Assembly (NCBI RefSeq): GCF_009914755.1
Contig: NC_060939.1
DNA length: 64,000 nt
Reading direction: 5' to 3' (one strand)
DNA from: the human T2T-CHM13v2.0 reference genome, Homo sapiens
The notes beneath the pieces are model-generated. The model did not search any database. It was given only the letters and a program-made list of their open reading frames with translations, and had not been told where the DNA came from. Of the stretch, positions 43,664 to 55,885 are shown piece by piece (the stretch's first letter is position 1; each line of letters starts with the position of its first letter). The position numbers and the translations under genes were made by a program.

Positions 43664-44847
43664 TTATCAGTACTTATGCTATTTAGACATCTTTTTTGGA
43701 CCTGATGTTTGTCTTACAGATATCTAACAGATACTCTTCTTTTGTGGTGAGTTATCAAGAAAAGTTGTTTAAATCAGAGAGGGTTGTACTGGTTAGCTTT
43801 GCTTACTAATACTGTGCAGACATAGGGACCTATATTTTCTAGCAGCATTGGCATCAGAATACTAGTGTGATAGACACTGTTGGCTTGCCTGACACTCATT
43901 TCTAACCCTCTTCTCTCTTACCTGTCTCTTTTAAGGAGGGTGAACAGGCTGAAACATTGAGTGACCAGCGCATAGTAAAGCTGGAGGTGGTTTTATTATA
44001 AAGCCTGGCCAATAAAATATAAGCAAGAGTGTGCTGGTGCCGTTGTGCCACATTTTCTCTTTCTTTTTCCTCAGATGATGATGTGGTTGCTGGAGCCATA
44101 GCAACCACCTTGCAATCAGATTTAAACAAACAAACAAACAAACAGGAGAATGGCAGATAGTGTGGCCTTTATTTTATTACATTGCTGAAATAATGCCATG
44201 AACCTTCTACCTTTTCCTCAAATTTATTTTTGTGCAAAATAAAACCTCGTTTAAGTCACTATAATCAGACTTTGTGTTACTGTCTGTGGAAAAAATTTCT
44301 AATTAAGACATCTGAGCTGGGTGAGAAGGGAATTGGATCTTCATTTTATTTATACTCACTTTTAAACAAATCCGGAGCCAGTTTTATTCATAAACTTTCT
44401 ACTGTGAACCCGTGATAACTGACCAAAGTGGAGGTCAAAATTTCTAAATTTTATTTACCTGTTTCCCAGTTTATATCCAGAGATATGAATAAGTCTCCTG
44501 GAGCCAAAATAAAATCTGTTTTATTTTTAATGCTCACAACATTTGACAATGGGAGAACAAGATTTAAAGGCACTCACATACCCAAACCCAGAGAAGTCAA
44601 GTTCTACTTGACAGTTACAATATGTATCTGAGAGATAAAAATCCATCCATGCCTCTCCACGTCCACTCATTTAGAGTCGCTATTTACCCATTTATCACAT
44701 ACTGAGGATATGACATTTGACAGGTATGTGCTCCATGCCAGAGATGTAAAGGAAGAAACATACTCCTCAGTCTTTGCCTTTGAAAAATTCTCTTCCACAC
44801 CAGTGATGGGGTGTGAGAGGAGGTCATCTACATAAACAAATATATTT

Positions 44848-44945
44848 AGCCCAGGAGTTCAAGGCTGCAGTGGGCTGTGATAGCGCCACTGCACTCCAGC
44901 TTGGGTGACAGAGCAAGACCCTTTTTCTAAAACAAAACAAAAACA
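44848..44945 (+). mobile_element. 5'-truncated Alu right-arm (J-type/FRAM) fragment
   Basis: AGCCCAGGAGTTCAAGGCTGCAGTGGGCTGTGATAGCGCCACTGCACTCCAGCTTGGGTGACAGAGCAAGACCC plus (CAAAA)n. Confidence 0.88.
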
Positions 44946-46099
44946 ACTCTCAAATATGTTTTATACTGTGTGAGAGTAAAGAGAAAAAAACAGAGTAGTA
45001 AAGAGAGATTAATATCAAAGGGCAAAATGGAATATAAGGGCCTTGCCCAAGTCTCCACAGCCAATGAAGTGGTACAAGTTCCTTTAATCAAGGTCTTCTG
45101 GACTACTTGTTACAATGACAACTATGACCTGAAATATGTGGACCAACATCTGGGGCATCAAATTTTTTTTACATTATAAAATACTATCATTTTAGCTGTT
45201 ATTGTATAGAAGTTGACTGGTATGAAGGAACTCTCCCTAACCTACCAGTATGGCATATACTGTGAGGTTTATTTTCCTGAATGACTCCTTCTTTTAACCT
45301 CTACAGAGCACCTGTTATGTGTCTGCTGGAGGCTGGGGTTGCAAATGTGTATGCGAGTGCTCCTGCCCCCGAGGGCCAGAGTCTTACTCTCATTCCCCTT
45401 CTCGCCTCCCCTTTGCCACCTGTGAGGTGGCTGACTGAGCAGGCAGGTGTGACCTTCACTTCCAATCAAGCCAGCCATTCTAGAATTGTATAAAAGTAAC
45501 CTGGAAAAGGGGTTGGGGAAAGAATCAGACCTCGGAGCTTTAGAAAAGAGACTCAGATTTCTCTTTCTTTAGAAAGTGATCTTTTCTATTGACTTAAGAA
45601 AAAAACAACTTGTTCAACATCTGTCTTTCCCTTCTGACTGCTGTTGCTTAAGGAGGAACTGACTTCCCTTAACTCTGAAGTAATGTCTCCTTTCTTTAGG
45701 AAAACAGGTGTCAAAACATGCAGCAAATCAGATTTTCAAACAGCTGAAATAAACTTGAGGATTTTCTACCTTTTTAATGCTTTTAGCCAGGAATTCTTTT
45801 GTGAGGCTTATGATTTCCCAGTTTGGAATTTTGTTTCTCCTTGAGGTGCTTATGAGCAATCCTTCTGCATTCTTATTGTCCCATTCCTGTCCTCCATAAT
45901 AAATCATTATTATTTGGATGTGAAAATCTATTCATAAAAAATGATTCATTATTATTTTTTATTTAGGTCAAATGTACTTTATAAACAGGAAGGCCTCAGG
46001 ACCACACTGAATTCCGTTGTATTAAACGTCTTTATAGGAAGAGAGAAAGATAAATTGAGCTAATTTTGATCAATATTATGACTGTGAAATATTCCTTAT

Positions 46100-46548
46100 C
46101 ACCAGATGCTTAGGTATGAAGGGGAGAATTATGATTCCATTTTACAGATGAGAAAATCAAGGCAAAAAGAGTTCGCTGAGCCCAAGACCACACATTTAGA
46201 AACTAGTGAAACCAGATTCACACTTAATTCTGATCTAACTTCAAAAACCACGCACTTTCTAGCTCACCACAATGGAGTCTCTTCTAGTCGCTATACAGCT
46301 TTTTATGTTGAGTAGTCAAGACTGAATTTACTTATTAGCCTCTGGTACTTACTAGATGCTAGGCCTTGGATAAGTTACTTGTATTCATAAGTCTGCATCT
46401 CCTTATCTGTAGAATGGAGAAAAGAACAATCTCTACCTCACAGGGCTTTGGTAAGGATCCGCTGAGTTAATGCAAATCAAAGAGCTTAGAAGGGTATTTG
46501 GCATGCAGTAAGTGATCAATTAAGTTTGGTCAATTGTTATTATTATCT
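46100..46548. mobile_element. Two MIR fragments in opposite orientation
   Basis: TCCATTTTACAGATGAGAAAATCAAGGC (46136) and TTGGATAAGTTACTT...CTCCTTATCTGTAGAATGGAG...CCTCACAGGG...TGGCATGCAGTAAGTG. Confidence 0.8.
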
Positions 46549-47062
46549 GTTTCTTCATGAATTATACTATAGAGTACATGTCATGATTTTGCTTTCATGC
46601 ATATATGAGTACAGCTGAATAGGGGGTTCTAAATGAATACTGGTTTTTTAAAGTTTCAGTGTTCAGTATTTATATATGAAATATTTCCCCTACTTTTCTC
46701 CATTGGCCGATAAATTCAGAGGAAGGAAAAGTTATCTCTTAGTAAGATTCTTTATGAACTTCTGTTTCAGAAGTGAAAAAAACCCCTTTTTAAAAATACA
46801 GATAAAAGCGTTGCTGCTTTGACCATGGTGTGGGAAGGGTACAGATTCCTGGATCTCCATATATCCCCCTTTCCCTTTATAACCCCTACCAGCTCATTAT
46901 TGTCATGGGGGTACTTCTGGGGAGCCCTGGATGTCGACATCACACAGACTGAGAACCACCACTCCACAATGCACACAACAGAATGTAATGGACAGTGACT
47001 GACAAATACAATTAATTCTCACTGTCTGAAAAATGCCTGTGTGTAGAAGTCCTTCTTCCTAA

Positions 47063-47293
<231 letters not shown>

Positions 47294-49675
47294 TAAGATG
47301 CTCCCAAGGGCTCAGAGAAATTTGGACCTTGGTGGTTCCATTGCTGAATATCTCAGTAATGAAAGTCGAGTGGACCTAGGGGTCTTTACACAGAGAAAAT
47401 ATGGAAGAATTCCCAAGTAAAGGTAGGTACACTATCTCGTTTCCTACTGATGAAAAAGAGGATGCTGCCTGTTTGTACACATATAGGCAAATATAAAACT
47501 ATATGTATTTATACATATTTCTAGGTAACACATTTATGATAAGATGTGGCTTGGTGACACACACACAGGATATCTACATACACTTATATTTACCAGTTAT
47601 GTGTTTATATGTATACAGATAACATTTTTGAGCCATTACTCAACAAAAAACAATGGCAATCTCATTGACAATATCTAGGCACCTGGAGACAAGAAATGTT
47701 TTACTCTTCCCATTCTCAAACATCATTGTTCCTTCTTGGAAGATGAAGGGAACCACCTGAAGATGATTAATACTTTGGCTCAGAGAACCGGACTCCCAGC
47801 CATAGGAGGGAAAGGCTAGATTTCTGAGAATCGTGGAGATTATTAATGAGCCAAGTGAGGGAGAACCATTATCCAAATGAGCCGTTTTGATGTTCTTTCC
47901 TGTTGAGAAATATTTTAGACTTGACCAAAACAAATTCAGTGGGCAAGAGGGGAAGAAATAATGGGCATGTGAGAGGAGAGAGGATGGAGGGGAGTCCAAG
48001 AAGCCAAAAGCGGCTAAGTCATTGCCCACACTTTGAGTGTCAGAATGGATGGAGAAATTGAGTTGTTGGGGAAGTGTCTCCTGGTAAATGAGGAGGCATC
48101 TGGTCGTGCACTTCACGTCCAAAGGCAGAGAGAAAGCCATTCATCCTGGGGCCATCTTATTTTGAGCTAATTTTCTTGAATTTTCCTCCTGTTCCTGTTA
48201 GGTGGCTGTTGCAGTGTGACATACTGAATGGCCAGTGAAACCTAGAAAGATCTAGCAGTATGCCTTAATACTGCTTTGGAAGGCCGTGGTTTTTCTGAGA
48301 CTTGATTACCTAAATGCAGTAATTAACTTGCTCACCACACTGGGCTATAGATCATAGACTATAGAAACTTAAGTAAGTGCAGGGCTCTTTCCATAGAGCT
48401 GCCGTTGCTGATTTATTTTGACATCACAACCACTTCTGCCTGCCCCTGGTCCCTTCAACACCCCTCAGTGTCTGAAGGCTTCGTGTGTTTGGTATCTTTG
48501 TGGTGTTTTCAGACTCTCCCTCTGACAGCAAGCGCTTCCACCTGCCAGCATATATATTTCAACTTGTCTTTTCATCTTTTCCTTTACTAAGCTATCTTGG
48601 GTGTAGGCATGCCTGGATTTTCTTTCCTTCTTTCTCTTTTTCCCCCTCTCTCCTCTGCTGCTCATTGAGGGAAGATTGAGCAGAACTGGCATTGCTTGCT
48701 TTCGTCAAATTGATTGTGCCCGTCTGTTTGATCCAATTCAGTGAGGATTAGTTGCCTGCAAACTGGAACAAAAAGAAATCTATCAAAGAAATGCCTTTTC
48801 TAATTCAAGTTTAAAGAATTTGATGTCAGGCTTCAAATACAATGGCTGCTATATAGGTTATTATAAGGAGATAGTATTATTTGCCTCCACCCTTCCACAC
48901 CATTTCACACAATTATTCATTTTTCAATTGCATCCTGACCAAGGGGATTGAAGCTAGAGGTCCTCCCATGACCTCTGACCTTTCCTAGGCTGGTGCAGCT
49001 CCCAGTCTAGGAAAGATACCTGAACACAGGATGTGATTAATATGTCTACTTTGAATATATTTGAATTAAGTTTGGCAGGCATGGAGTTTGGTGTAGATCA
49101 GCAGGAGGGAAACTACCTATTTCACCCAGACATTTGTATGGTAATATATTTTCCTATTCGTTATGATGCAGTTGACCACACGGATTGCGATTCTTGCCCA
49201 AAGGACCTGAAAACTGCATGGTTGAGAGGGAGATCACCGTGAGCATTTCTTGACCCCAAAAATGTTCCAGCCAATAAGCTTATGGTCACAAAAAGATGAC
49301 AGAGAGAAAAATTTATAAAATCTACTGGTTTGAAACCATCAACAGGCTTTTTGAGAACCATTTGATTAGTTTCTGAAGAATAAAGTTAAATCCTGAGATA
49401 TAATAATCAGCAGAGTGAATCCTAGAATTTTGTTAGTATCAGGATTCTTATTGTAATACAAAGAGTGTAACCAATGTTTGTCAACACAAATCTATGTATG
49501 TTTTAAAGAGGAGACCTCTACCACCCTCCTCTCCTCCTGCCTCTTTCTTTGACATAACAGGGTTTCCAGCATCCTACAAGAAGATTTGTATTGTTGTTGC
49601 GTGGAAGGAATTGTGAATAACATTGTGGGTGAGGGGGCTCTTCTCCAAAGGTCTGCCCTAAAGAACTACAAGAAT

Positions 49676-49892
49676 GGCTGGGTGCGGTGGCTCATGCCTG
49701 TAATCTCAGCACTTTGGGAGGCTGAGGCGGGTGGATCACGAGGTCAGGAGTTCAAGACCAGCCTGACCAACATGGTAAAACCCCGTCTTGAACCTGGGAG
49801 GCGGAGGTTGCAGTGAGCCAAGATCATGGCACTGCACTCCAGCCTGGGCGACAGAGGGAGACTCTGTCTCAAACAAACAACAACAAAAAAAA
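49676..49892 (+). mobile_element. AluSg-like SINE with an internal deletion
   Basis: GGATCACGAGGTCAGGAGTTCAAGACC; junction CCCCGTCT^TGAACC removes the middle A-rich linker and the start of the right arm. Confidence 0.9.
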
Positions 49893-50226
49893 TGCAAGGA
49901 TGTGGTACTGCATCCTCTCCTAGGCCCACAGACAGCATTAACTCCTTGGGAGTGATCAGCCAGGAAGACAAAGTGTGGCTGCACACTGTGGACATCATGT
50001 TTTCTGACAATAGGTTTCATGCTTCATTTACCATAAAAACAATTAGAGTGTACTCAATATCCACAGAGCAACTCAACATTTTTCAAGAGCAGAGGAAGAG
50101 CAGAGATAGCGGATGTTTGCCTGGTGGCTGACGCTGAAAATGAAGTACATGCATGCTTTGTTTTTGGTTTCCTTTTGCAGTCCTCTTCTTCCCAGTTGCT
50201 CATTTCAGAAATGTCTGCATACTCAC

Positions 50227-50284
50227 GAAAGCATCTTTTGATCTTTCCTCTCCTCTTCCTTTCTCCTTCCTCTCAATCTTATCC
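50227..50284 (-). ncRNA. Candidate exon (58 nt, purine-rich)
   Basis: Minus: acceptor CAATTATTTCCAG|G and donor TTC|GTGAGT; GAR-rich body resembles exonic splicing enhancers. Confidence 0.3.
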
Positions 50285-50587
50285 CTGGAAATAATTGTGT
50301 GTGCACTGCAGGAATGCTAAGCTGCTTCTTCAGGAGGAGCCGTTTATCCATTGTGACAGGTCTTTTGCAAAGTCACTTAAGTTTTGCCGAGTCAGCCACT
50401 GTTCGTCTCGATTTGTATCCCTCCACTGCCTCTTGCTCTTCTCAGCCGAGCCCCCCACCTCCATTTGTCCCTCACTTAATAACAAGAGAAAGCTAAAGCT
50501 CAGAGCTTCAGAGCTGTGCCTCAGCAATGGCTCAACACCTCCCGTGTTCTCCGAAATTATAGTCCTGTTGCTTTAGCCTGGGCTCAC

Positions 50588-50627
50588 CTTAGTATCTACA
50601 TAAACGAGGTTTGTTTGACGGACAACA
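50588..50627 (-). ncRNA. Candidate exon (40 nt)
   Basis: Minus: acceptor TTTTTATTCTTTTAG|TG and donor AAG|GTGAGC. Confidence 0.35.
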
Positions 50628-50839
50628 CTAAAAGAATAAAAATTCTACATAGATATTAGAAAAAAAAGTTTAATAATTAAAAAGGTGCTTGATTTTCATT
50701 TGTAAAAGTATAATTTTGTTCTTTTGAATGAGAAAATGAAATTAGGAAGGCAGACAAAAGCGCCCCTATCCCTGTCTCAGCATCCAGATAACTACTGTCA
50801 GCATTATGGCGAAATATCCTAAATTATTTTTCTGTTTTT

Positions 50840-51090
50840 AACTTAATTTATTGTTTTAAATTGACAGATAAAATTGTATGTGTTTATTGTGTACCATATG
50901 ATGCCTTGCAGCCCATATACATTGTGGAATGGCTAAGTCTAGTAATTAACCTATGTATCATCCCACAAAGTTATTTTTGTGGTGGGAACATTTAACATCC
51001 ACTCTTCTATCATTTCTCAAGAATGTTATATATTGTCATTAACTATATTCACCATGCTGGCAATAAATTATTTGAACTTATTCCTAGGTT
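50840..51090 (-). mobile_element. L1MA-type 3'-end fragment
   Basis: TTTAAATTGACAGATAAAATTGTATGTGTTTATTGTGTAC...ATATACATTGTGGAATGGCTAA...TTAACTATATTCACCATGCTG. Confidence 0.85.
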
Positions 51091-51548
51091 ATATTTTTTA
51101 CCTATGGATAAATAGACATACAGTACTCTCAAAAACAATGTGCTATAAGTTCTCCTTTTTTGCAGCTTTATAAACACTTGTTCCTATTTTAAAACTTTTG
51201 CCATTTTTAGGAGAAAATGGGGTGCTGTTTTAATTTAGAATTTGATGTTTTCTGATGCAGATAAAAATCCTTCTATATCATGAGGAGTATTTTTTATAAA
51301 TTTCCTAATCACGTCTTTGTGCATTATTCTGTTAACCATCCCTTTTTTTAAAAAAGTTATATTTACATTTAATTTTAATTTCTGTGTTAAAGGTACTCAA
51401 CTTCTGTTTGTCTTGTATGCTGCAAATATTTTCCCCAAATTGTCATTTACCTTTCACATTTTCTATATGGTTTATTGACATTGAATATTTTTGCTTTCAA
51501 GTAATTATGTTTATCAATTCTTTTCTTTGCTTCTCTTACCTTGGATAA

Positions 51549-51627
51549 ACCTGTCTACCTCGGTTTAATAACAGATAAATTCACACCCACTGTTTATCTA
51601 TCTGTTATTGAACTGAGGTAGGCAGGT
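51549..51627 (+). other. Long inverted repeat / pre-miRNA-like hairpin
   Basis: Arm 51549-51577 ACCTGTCTACCTCGGTTTAATAACAGATA against arm 51599-51627 TATCTGTTATTGAACTGAGGTAGGCAGGT: 26/29 Watson-Crick pairs plus 3 G:U pairs on the plus strand. The structure is certain; function is unproven. Confidence 0.6.
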
Positions 51628-53379
51628 AGTTTTATAGTGAGTATATTTACATATTATAATTTATTTTCCATTTTTACTATTGAATCATTTTGTATTTTTA
51701 AGTAATCCACCTTTTATCACGGATTAGTAATGCCGGTTTATTATATAGTATATACACATGCATATAACTGGGTATATTTTTTGGATTTGTATTCTGTTCC
51801 ATTAGTCTGCCTGCCAAGAGCACGTAGCTTTTAATACTGTAGCTTTGTAATCTAAATGTATGATGTTGCAAACACCACCTCATTAGTATTTGTTTAAAAA
51901 TGTGTTTTGCTGCATTCCCTTCTTTATTTTCACTGATGCACTCTATAATGAGTGGTTAGCTGCCAAAACCTAACCCACTGGGATTTTAACTCAGGTAATA
52001 TTAAATTATAGATATTTTTGGTCTATTGAGTGCTCGTCTATGTTACTTTTATAAAATCTGATATTTTTATTTACTGATTCAGATCTGCTTTGATGTTCAT
52101 CAGTAAAGTATTGTAGGGATTCTTTTCGTATCCTTTTTATGTAGTTCCTGAATATATCATCATAAACTTTTAATCTCAATATTTAAAAAAGTTTTGTTCA
52201 TCTAAAAAATGTGTATTTTTCACTACATTGCTTCTAAGTGCTTGTTTTAGTTATATAGGAAATTTCTGGGTTATTTATATATTTATTTGTAACTTCAGTG
52301 AACTCTCTAGTTATACCTAAAAGTATTTCCAGGGATTTTTCTGTTTTTCTGGATAGAAAACAGTATCATTTATAATTTTTGACCATCAGCTTTGCTTACT
52401 TCTTTTTCTTATCTTATGATCTGGGCTAGAGTTTTGAGACTAATGTTTAAGGCTGAGGCATTTATGAGCATCCTCACCATAAACCTAACTTCAAAATGAG
52501 AATGACTCTAAGCATTTAAGAATTAAGTGAAATGGCTCTTGGTTTGATATTAATATTTGATATCTTCTCCATTATTACTATATTTTCTTAGCTTATTAAT
52601 TTAACAAAGTCCAGATTAGATGATTAATTTTATCAAAAGATTCTTTAGTATCTAGAAAAATAACTATTTACTTGAATTAATAAAATCTTATAGATTTTCT
52701 AATATTCAGCTATCTTTACATTTCTAAGGAAAATGTATCTGGCTGTGATCTGAAATATTATTTTAATGTAGAGATTGATATTACCTACTGTGAATTGAGG
52801 AGTTTTGTGCCTATATTTGTGAGTGAGTGAAGTCTGTGCTTGGTTTCTATTGTTCTATGACCTGGAACACTTTAAATTTCCTAGGTAGGATACATCTGCA
52901 CCTTGAACATGTACATACTGCCTGTAAAATCATCTGTGTTCTATTTATTTGAAACAAAAATATTATTTTTCCAATGTTAATTTTCCCAAATAAGAATTAT
53001 CTATGGCATTTAAATTGTCTTATAATCATATTCAGATCATTTTAAAATTCAACTTTGTGTTTAATGACTTGCATTGCTCATCTCTACCCATTGTATGCAA
53101 TCATGTCCTCATTCTTTTTTCTCAATGTTGATTCATCTTACATTTTTCAGAGAGCACCTTAAAAGTAGCTTTTCTTTTTTAAAATGTAAATCAATGGAGT
53201 TTTTTGCATATTAATACATATGTGAATATCCTTCTCTTCCCTTTACCTAGGAATTCTACTTTCCCTGCCTAGAGATTTTATGGGTAACACATTAAAACAA
53301 TGTAGACGTGGCCAAATTTACTCTGGTATGTAATCTTATGGTAGCCAGCCTAATTTTTCTTTCTTTGTATGCACCCTGT

Positions 53380-53722
53380 TTTTTCTTTTTCTTTTCTTTT
53401 TTCTTTCTTTCTTTCTTTTCTTTTTTTTTTTTTTTTTTTTTGAGATGGGGGTCTCTCTGTCACCTAGGCTGGAGTGCAGTGGGGCAATCTTGGCTCACTA
53501 CAACCTCTGCCTCCTGGGTACAAGGGATTATCCTGCCTTAGTCTCTTGAGTAGCTGGGATTACAGGTGCCCACCATCATGCGTGGCTAATTTTTATATTT
53601 TTAGTAGAGACAGGTTTTCACCATGTTGGCCAGGTTGGTTTTGAACTCCTGACCTCAAGTGATCCACCCACCTCAGCCTCCCAAAGTGCTGGGATTACAG
53701 GCGTGAGCCACTGCACCTGGCT
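53380..53722 (-). mobile_element. AluS-type SINE
   Basis: Antisense dimer with a (TTTC)n/T tail; TSD-like GCACCCTGT on both sides. Confidence 0.95.
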
Positions 53723-55639
53723 GCACCCTGTCTTTTCTACCTTCATAGTTGTAGTAGTTTCTCTGTGTTCCCTAAAACAAAAATTATTTCTCTACTACAT
53801 CAAAAATATTTCTTTCTTTCCTCCCTTCTTTCTTTTCTCTTGTGTGTGTGGTTTAGTTCCTTTAATTGATTTTGAATATGAACATTCTATTCTCTTGAAA
53901 CATGTCTCAATTATAAAGGATCAGTGATGCCACCCCACGTCTTCATTTATCTTCCTCTGAAGTGTTTGTTATCTGTTTTCTCACCTCTGTATCTGTTATC
54001 TCTTCTTCTTTAATCCTTTTTACCTCCTTGCCCCAATTCATCAAATTCTGGAAGTATGTCTCAAGTTTGCCCTCACACATTCAATTTTCTGCAGCATGGA
54101 CTCTCTGCTCTTTGCTGATAACATATTTTAATTTTGGTGACTTTACATTTAGGTTTCATTGCACCTATTCCTCATCTTTCATGAGTTTCCTTTTATTCAT
54201 GTTTGTACTATTGCCAGCTCACTTTCCATTTGGATCAGTTATCTTTTCATTTATCATCCCATAGATTCCTTTTTGAAAAACAACTTTCCAGATACCTTTA
54301 TACAGCCTCCTGTGTCCTGTGGCTAGTCATTCCCCTGAAGTGCACCACTGCCAAGCTTCTGGAAAGGCATTGGCCTCCTTGTACTTTTGCAGGATGTTTC
54401 ACCACCTCTAGGTTGTGCTTCTTACCTGTTTCTGCTCTTCCAACTTCTTTTCCTCATTTTCTTTTGGTCTATTCATTTTGAATCATGAGAGCTCTATCAT
54501 GACTTACAATTAGTCAATAATCAAGAGTTTATATGTTCTTTAAGCCCTTTTATGGTCTAGCTGGATGTAGAGAGGTCCTCTTGTTTTAATAGAAAGTAAT
54601 GTGATTTAGGTGGTGCTTTCTCTTCAAGAATTCATGGTATTTTGGCTTTTACCTGAGAGTACAAAGTTGGGTGATTGTGTTGGAGAGGTTAAGGAGAGCG
54701 GGCATGGAGAAGTGAATGAAGATGGAAAGTGCCCTACTAATGTCTATGGGCCAAAATGGGAAATTTGGGATTGGAGACAATGGTTTCCATAAAGATCCCA
54801 TTACAGTAAAGCGAAGGATGGAGTCTTAGTAGAATCTTCAGTTTCAAGTTAACTTTCTGTTTCCATCAATTCCAAATTAATGCTACGTGACTATTCTGGT
54901 AATAGCTCTCTTTAATTATCTGCTGTTGTCTTAATTCTATTCAGATTTTAAAAATTAGCGCATAGTATGAAATATCTGAGACTATTCTTAGCTTCTTTCT
55001 ATAGTTGCAGGCAAATAAATGCTACATGTTGGGAAATGTTGGAATGGAACTCCGCCTGGGAATCATTATAGATTATGAGTACCATATCCTGCTTTAAAAC
55101 ATTAAATGGCTCCCTAACTGGTCAAGGGAAATGAACTGATTGGCCAGAAGAAGTGCTAATTTTAGGCTGGGAAAACAATAGCAAAAAACAAACAAACAAA
55201 AACCTTGTTTCATTAGCTGTTAAAAGCAAAATCAAATATTTTTGGTATGATTTTATGCTGATTCTTCTATAATAGATAAATTAAAATAGTGAAAACCCAG
55301 TGTTCACATTTCTGTGAAGAAAGAGGTTTAATAATATCATGAAGCTATTGGTAAATTGATTTACTTTTCTCTGGAGAGCAATTTGGCAGTTTGTAAAAAG
55401 GCCCATAAAAATCTCTCATTTGATCCTCTGTTTACAGCTTACAGAATATTACTCAAGACAATAAACATAACAGAAAAGAATATTTATTATGCACATATTT
55501 ATATAAATAGTACTTATTTCTCCACAAAATTTTAAACAACTCAAATTCTTAGCAGTAAAAAAAGAACATTATTGATTAATTTTCTGAATTACTATACTAC
55601 CATGAAAATAATAAGTATGTCAATTTATATATAAGATAA

Positions 55640-55885
55640 TAATAAAGCAAACATTTATTAGGGCCTTACCATGAACTAGATGCTGTGCTAAGCATTTTAT
55701 AAATATTATCTCTCTTAATCCTATAAATAATCCCATGTAGTAGATGCTTCCATTAACATTCCCGTTTTACCAACAAGGAAATTAAGTTTTATAGAGGCTA
55801 ATAAGTTTGCCAAATGTCATGACTATATTTAAGGGACTGCACTGGCATTTGAATCTACTTTTGCCTAACTCCATGGCTCAAGTTC
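55640..55885. mobile_element. MIR
   Basis: AACATTTATTAGGGCCTTACCATG...TGTGCTAAGCATTTTA...CCCGTTTTACCAACAAGGAAATTAAG...GCATTTGAATC. Confidence 0.8.

Larger units (their letters stand above)
51170..54500 (-). mobile_element. Diverged old L1 (L1ME/L1M-type), interrupted by an Alu
   Basis: Antisense ORF2-region motifs such as TGCAAATATTTTCCCC and TATTCTGTTCCATTAGTCTG...TTTTAATACTGTAGCTTTGTAAT; boundaries approximate. Confidence 0.6.

Noticed and set aside
47640-48140. Longest ORF (166 aa); also 12281-12757 (158 aa)
   Set aside because: No recognisable domain or coding-like composition; lengths like this are expected by chance in 64 kb.
51614-51640. Calling the hairpin a let-7 family gene
   Set aside because: Mature let-7 lies on the 5' arm of its precursor. 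Here the motif is on the 3' arm, diverges after the seed region and sits in L1-derived sequence.
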